Of a stretch of DNA of 64,000 nt, positions 57,508 through 64,000 are shown in pieces (positions within the stretch are counted from its first letter, which is position 1; every line of letters begins with the position of its first letter). The position numbers were made by a program, and so were the translations under genes. This stretch comes from the human T2T-CHM13v2.0 reference genome, Homo sapiens. The notes beneath the pieces are model-generated. The model worked only from the letters and a program-made list of their open reading frames with translations. It was not told where the DNA came from and ran no database searches. The stretch lies in NCBI RefSeq assembly GCF_009914755.1, contig NC_060928.1. One strand, written 5' to 3'.

Positions 57508-59665
57508 ACTAAATTAACCTCTGGCACCCATTAAATATTTGATTGACAAAACTGAATAATCAAACTAATAAACCAATCCAGTGGGGGAGACTGTAAATGT
57601 TCTAGTGAGGACTTAGGTTTTCCGTTATTTTACAAACTTATTCTAACAAACAACTGTAAGTCAGGAAGATAATGAGCAAAACTCATTGCACATATATTAG
57701 TTAGAATAAAAGTAAACTTAGAATATTCATTATGTCCATTGTGTAAAATCATGTATTAATTAAAATTAAATTGTAAGCAAATATTACTCAATACAATAGT
57801 CAACAGTTAACTAGGTATCCAGGTAGGTTATTAGCTTTTATAAAGGACATAGTGGGTTATGCTATTGTGGTTATACATTGTGAGATTTTTAGGGAGCAGG
57901 CTTGTGAAATTTAGAAATTTGAAATCAATTAAGCAAAATATTATACATTTGCCGATAGTGTTTTACAATGTTTTTAATGCAACTAAATCTTGAAATTTTA
58001 ATAAAGTTGTCACCTAAGAAAAATATATCTCAGCTCCAGTTATGGAAAGCAACATTCTAATTGTCATGAAAATTAAATTAACTTTTAAAAAGAAGCATGT
58101 CATATTAAATAAGATTAATGAGCATCTTCAGTTAGAAGGAAAAATAAAATAATATTTTATGTATTTACTCTAGATTTAAGAAATTTTAAACATATGCTAC
58201 TATTAATACAGCATACTTCAACTTTTCATATATGTGTGTGCATGTATATTATCTCAAATCCAATTGTAATATAATTCAGTAGCTTAGATTTACACCTAAT
58301 TTTTAAATATTACTCACAAATTTCTTCATTGTATAATTGCTTATTAAAGCTGGTAATTTTAAACACTTTTAAAATTTAAAATTTTACTCAGTTGATTTTT
58401 ACTGCCATTAAGCTATGCAACTTATTCTTTTAAATCTCAGGAATACTAGAAACACTATTAATGCCTAATAAATGAGCTGTATATAGAATTCATAATTATT
58501 CTTTTAACTCATTTATAATTCTTACTAATTTTCAAAAAATGCTTCAGGTCATGCCTACACAACGCTTTTTTTTTAAACAAGTATTCTCTATTTATTTTTT
58601 TTAATGTGGTCTCATTTATGTCCTGACTGATAAGCTCACCCAGGGTTTACATGATTATGCACTTTGTAATTTGAAAATACTGTTTGTTCTTCACTTTAAA
58701 AGGAAATCAGGCACTAGCATATCTGCAGTTTCCTGATTCCTGTGAAAACATGTGACATTCCTCCTTTGCAAAGGTTTCCAGATTCCTTCTCTCCGTGTTG
58801 CCAATCCTGCCGCCACCCAAGGCTGATCTTAATTCCATCGGGCCACAGTTAGTGCCAACAATCAAGGTGACCTCTCCACACTCCAGCCCTGCCTATAACA
58901 TTATGGACATTATGATTATTAAAATGCCCTTTTTGACGATTATTCAGCCACTACTAGCAAGAAAATCTGAAATGTCTCTGCCTAAAGCATGGCCTCCCCT
59001 GAGGAATATGCTAGACTATCTATGGTTGCAGAAGCCCTGAGTATAACCATGACAGACTGTGGGAAAGTTCGAGAGTCAGACCCAGAATGAAAATCTCTGA
59101 TTTTTCCAATTGTAAGAGAAAATTTACTTTTAAGACAGACCTTACTGATAGGATAAGGAAAACAATACTGTCATCAGGAATATTTATGCAGCAGGGGAAT
59201 AATCTCTTCTCCTGTATCCTTACACCAGACACACCAGGTTTTGACAAATGTTTAATAACGTAAGCAGAGAACAGGGGTCCCACTGCCTAACTAAACTCCC
59301 TGTAATATATTAACATATTGCATATTAATGTTTAATATGTCTCTCCTACCTATCAAGGATGTGTTCTGTTGTTTTTCTCAACATCTATTGTTTTTTCCAC
59401 CACAAAATCCACCCTGTTTGAACAAACTTCGCTGACTCTCCAGCTCTCACCCACCTCCCTCCCACCACACTGCCTTAGGATGTTTTAACTTCCCTTTCCA
59501 TAAACTTTTTTTTTTCTTTTCTGCAGCAACTCTTTTTTTGCTGCCATTCTTTTATACACATCCTATCCAGTCTGTGAAAAGCAGTCTCTCTCTTGTGAAT
59601 AACATTTACTCCTCTTGTATCTTTGATTTTAATCCCCAATTACCTCAGTATTTAACGCCTTATCT

Positions 59666-59669
<4 letters not shown>

Positions 59670-59708
<39 letters not shown>

Positions 59709-59990
59709 CAGAGTCCTGCTCTGTCACCCAGGCTGGAGTGCAGTGGCACGATCTTGGCTCACTGCAACCTCCACCTCCTGTGTTCAAGCATTTCTCTCCT
59801 GCCTCAGCCTCCCAAGTAGCTGGGATTACAGGCGCCCACCACCACGCTTGGATAATTTTTTTGTGCTTTTAGTAGGGATGGGGTTTTCCCATGTTAGCCA
59901 GACTGTTCTCAAACTCCTGACCTCAGGTGATCTGCCCACCTCGGCCTCCCAAATTGCTGGGATTACAGGCGTGAGCCACTGCGCCCAGCC
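59670..59990 (-). mobile_element. AluS whose tail is a pure (TG)~19 microsatellite
   Basis: (TG)n at 59670-59707 runs directly into gacagagtcctgctctgtcacccaggct; cctcaggtgatc S feature. Confidence 0.93.
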
Positions 59991-60539
59991 TTACCCCTTA
60001 TTCTTTTATCCCAGCTAAAGAACTCATTCCTTGAGGACATGAACCAATGCCTTCTCTGCTTACAGTTGCACATGGTCTCTGGGCTTATTTTACTAAGTCC
60101 CACAGCCTTGTGTTATCAGCCTCTTAATATCTGTACTTCTACCATGATCATACATTTTTCCAAGAATGGAAACTAGAAGAAGCCGACTCTAGAGTGGTCA
60201 GACCAATAGTGTTTTCCATGCGATTCATATTGTTTCATTGCTGTGACAGATGATTCCTGTCGTTTTGGGAAAAAAAACTTATTACAAACTCTTTATCGTC
60301 AGTGCACTTAATAATAACCACAAACTGTCTCTCCATCTACTACTTATTTTTATAAATCATAGGGATCATTTTCCCTTTGTTATTGTTACCAGGTGAAAAT
60401 CTAACTCATATCGTTGTCCATACCAAATGCCTCATGGGGATGAGGGATGCTTTTATTATCCTGGTCTCTACCTTTCAAATACATCAAATGTATATTTCCT
60501 TCACCCAGAAATTGCAGTTCTCTACTCTATCAATTCTTG

Positions 60540-60962
60540 TATTTTATTTCATTTCTTAATTGTCATATAATAATTTATAGTGTACCTAGCGATGATTCAA
60601 TGCATATAGTATATAGTAATCACATCAGAGTAATTAGCATATGTCCATCATCTCAAACATTTATCATTTCTTTGTGTTGGGAACATTCAGTGTCCTTCTT
60701 CTAGCTATGTGAAACTATATAATATAATAGTGCTATCTGTAGTCATTCTGCAGTGGTAGAGAACACTAGAACCTATTTCTTTCCTCCTATCTAACTATAA
60801 TTCTGCATCCTTTAACAAATTTTTTCCTATCCCCTCCTCTGCCTACCCTTCCCAACCTCTAGTATCCTCTGTTCTACTTTTTACTTCCATGATTTCAACT
60901 TTTTTTAGCTTCTACATGTGAGTGAGAACATGCGGTGTTTAACTTTCTATTCCTGGTTTATT
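60540..60962 (-). mobile_element. L1MA-type 3' end fragment
   Basis: atcagagtaattagcatat..catcatctcaaacatttatcatttctttgtgttgggaacattca...gagtgagaacatgcggtgtttaactttct. Confidence 0.8.
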
Positions 60963-63098
60963 AGACGCTTTAAGATTCCAGCTTCATTTTTTGGAGTTAT
61001 CCTTCTATGTTGTTTTGGTTATTTATAAACTCTGCTATTTATGAAATCATTTTATATTGCTTATTACATCTTAATAAATTATCAGTGTTTTTCTGTGTTT
61101 TCTGTGTATATATTTACTTTTTATAGTTTCTCATAAGTATACTTTTCATTACTTTTAATCTCTCCCAGTGCACTGCTAATTCATTATCCCATAATAATCT
61201 ACCCTTCTTAAAGCCAAAGGAAGAATTTTCTATACATAAAAGTCTTAGCATATTAGCAACTCATATGCAAAAAAAAAAAAAAGCTATATTTCATGCTAGA
61301 TGCAAGATCTGGCCACAAATTAAGAGCATGTGGATTCTCCTCCTTTTTGGTTTTTGGCTTATGAGATTCCCACATTTGCTTCTTCCAAAGACAAAATTCT
61401 GATCCCAAAATAATCACTGAGGAATATTTAAATGTACAAAAAATTAGGTTTAATTTTTTCAACTTTATTTTACTGAAATGCAGAGGTTTTAACTTTGAAG
61501 GGGAATTCAAACTTTAAAATATTACATGCAATATCAATTAATGTTTTAAGTTAAATACAAAATTATAGAAATTTATAGAATCCCAAGCAATGGTGCAAAA
61601 AGTATATGCTCAATAATATCAGTTTAAAATTAAGTTTGCTACTTTGAGTTGTTTCTTTTACATCAGAGGGCCTAGATGCTACATATGCCTTCAGAATTCT
61701 TTGATGTTAATCTCTTATGACAACCAATTAGTTTCCAAATTTCTCAACTCAAGGGCTGACTAATACTATTGCCTAAGCCTTAGGTGGGTCATGTTATTTT
61801 AACTAGATACGATGGCTAATCATAAGGAGTGTGTCAAAGACCAGAGGAGTTGAAAACTGGGAAATTTGGAGACACCCTGTCTAAACAGGATTAAGGCTAA
61901 ACGAAAAGAATTATTGTTTTCCAAACCCTAATGATCCTTGTGATAGCTGCTTTCCCAAACATTGGGATTAAAGGTTAGATTCACATTTAGAAACAAGAAT
62001 GCAAACACGTATTCATGAATAGCCCTGTCTTTAGAGAAAAATTCATCAATGTCCTAGCCCTTGTGTATCTAATACACTAAGAAACATATTTGTGTATGAA
62101 GTCACACACAGGAAAATTAATTCTCTCCTATATTTCATTTTTTTACATTACTTTTCTTCATAAAATACACATCTATTTTTGCAAGTTTATCTTCACTGTG
62201 TATAAAAGCTTTTCTAAAGAAACAGTTTAAGAGAAACATTTTTTATATATGATTTGCATTTAAATATAAACATACAAAGTTAAATATTTCTTTTAAAATA
62301 AATTCTAAGAGAAAAAAATTGTACCAGTGTTTGTTTTGCAGTGGTAGTATTGCAGAGGTTATTAAAACAACTAATCTTTATTAAAATTCAAATAATTTAC
62401 TGCCATCAACTGTTTGGTATACAATTTAATTTATTTTTATAAAATTCTGTGCATTTATACTTTTTGAAAGTATACATAGTCCAGATTAAACCATGTCCAC
62501 AAAAATATAATTAAAACATGAACATTTTAAAAACTTTTATTAGTTTGACCTCCTCCAGTATATAGGGATTCTGTTAAATTAATTTTTTTTATTAAGTTAA
62601 TAAGTTGAAGTTGTTTTCATGTCAAAATTACATGTCCTTAGGAGGACATGAAAAGGAAGGTGCATTGTGAGACAGTTATATAACAGCTAGGTAGAGACAG
62701 AATGAGATGATAATCCTACTGTATGTTAGAAAGAAAATACATATCTATTTGGTATTAGAGTCATCTTATAGTTTTTTTCTGTTGTAAAAAAAAGTTATGC
62801 CCATATGTGAAGGTCCTGCCTAGTTAAAAAATGAGGATAAAATGGTGGCTCATTTTGTAGCAGCCAACTGGGTCCCTGGATTTGGAGAATCATAGTTGAA
62901 AGACTGTTCAAATTAACACATTTCAAAATACTAATTTGTTTAGATTGTCTTTGAAATTTATATAGATTCTTTTTTTAAAGAAAGCAAACAAACTCAGGGT
63001 TTTTGGAAATTGTTTTATTGGCGAGGTCTATGGATGGACACCATTGTATAGGGGCTGCTGATTTTCCCTTTACATATTTCCCCATCTCCCTTCCCCAG

Positions 63099-63194
63099 GT
63101 GTTGCTGCCATCACTACCTTTCCCTTCCTCCCCTTTCCTCATGGCAAGACGCATGGAAGAAGAGTGCTGTTAAGGCCTCTCCATTAATCAACAG
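63099..63194 (+). CDS. PCDH7: Candidate alternative PCDH7 exon encoding (G)VAAITTFPFLPFPHGKTHGRRVLLRPLH* (stop 63185-63187)
   Basis: Branch-like ctgAt (A63061), ~35-nt pyrimidine tract, ccccag| acceptor, CAG|gtatgg donor, GAAGAAGA enhancer-like motif at 63156-63163. Open for 28 codons in the phase-1 frame left by the upstream exon. Confidence 0.65.
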
Positions 63195-64000
63195 GTATGG
63201 TGGTTCTCATGAAACAGTGTAGCTGCCCCTCTTCTGCATTCTCCATTAATAGTCTGTCTCTTACATTTACAAGGTGCATTCATTCACTACACAGAGCCTT
63301 CTATATGGAAGAATTGTTCAACTTGAGTTTATATGTTTCACCGTGTTATGTATTACCTAAATCCCTATACAGTGGTAGATTTTTCTCAATGTATAGAGTT
63401 TAGAAGAATTAATGATATTATTCTCAGGGAAAGTTGCTATGCAGTTTCCTCAACAAAATATGTATAAAATAAATGGAACTTGTATGTATGAATATGCCAC
63501 TTTCAACATTCTACAAACAATCGTTATATAACACATCTTTGAAAGTATAAAACAGGAATATTTCTGTGAATTTTATTTCAAAATTTAATAGCATTTGCAT
63601 CTTCAAAAGCATTGCACAAAATTTTATGCACATAATTATAATACTCATCTGGTTATAGAAAATTAGGTATAAGCTAGTTTAATAAATCTAAATACCCTAC
63701 AAAGCTATGCCATTCAGATGTGAAAGCTGAATGCATGCTAATTACTTTCTGCAACTTTCTTTCGTCAACTCAGCTGGTGGCATTTGAGGGAGACAGAGGG
63801 GACTAGGGACTGTTTGTTCAGTCCAAGATATCCTTCATTCAGGGTGCTATATTTTGAAAGGAGCTAGGCCCTCAGGGCTCAAACTCCAGCAGAGTCATAA
63901 CCTATAAAACATGAACACTCAGTCATCACCAGGAAGCACCCGCCTTCTTGACTTCTTTTTTCACTAGTGAAACGAGTCCTCCCAGCTCCTGCAGGGGCTT

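Noticed and set aside
63197-63403. 68-aa ORF starting at ATG 63197
   Set aside because: Its ATG is part of the gtatgg donor of the candidate exon; no coding features.

Overview
AT-rich hominid (very probably human) genomic DNA lying entirely inside one large + strand gene, protocadherin-7 (PCDH7; 4p15.1 in human, from recall). The only recognised coding piece is the cytoplasmic-tail exon at 33132-33348 (PFRRVTF...GEAEHMEN), which has two in-frame donors 24 nt apart. The rest is intron containing Alus, three L1PA pieces, older L1/L2/MIR, MaLR LTRs, hAT-Charlie fossils, a 5'-truncated SVA and microsatellites. I see no multi-gene system, RNA gene or CRISPR array. The best leads are: (1) a strong 96-nt candidate cassette exon (63099-63194) whose stop lies only 7 nt from its donor, so it could give an NMD-escaping, C-terminally truncated PCDH7; (2) a ~260-bp non-Alu inverted repeat (3698-3965 / 5014-5272) whose substitutions mostly keep G.U pairing on the transcribed strand; (3) a 144-bp templated insertion inside an AT-rich palindrome; (4) several legible mutational scars. 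Repeat subfamily calls are by eye from remembered consensus sequences, and old-repeat boundaries are approximate.
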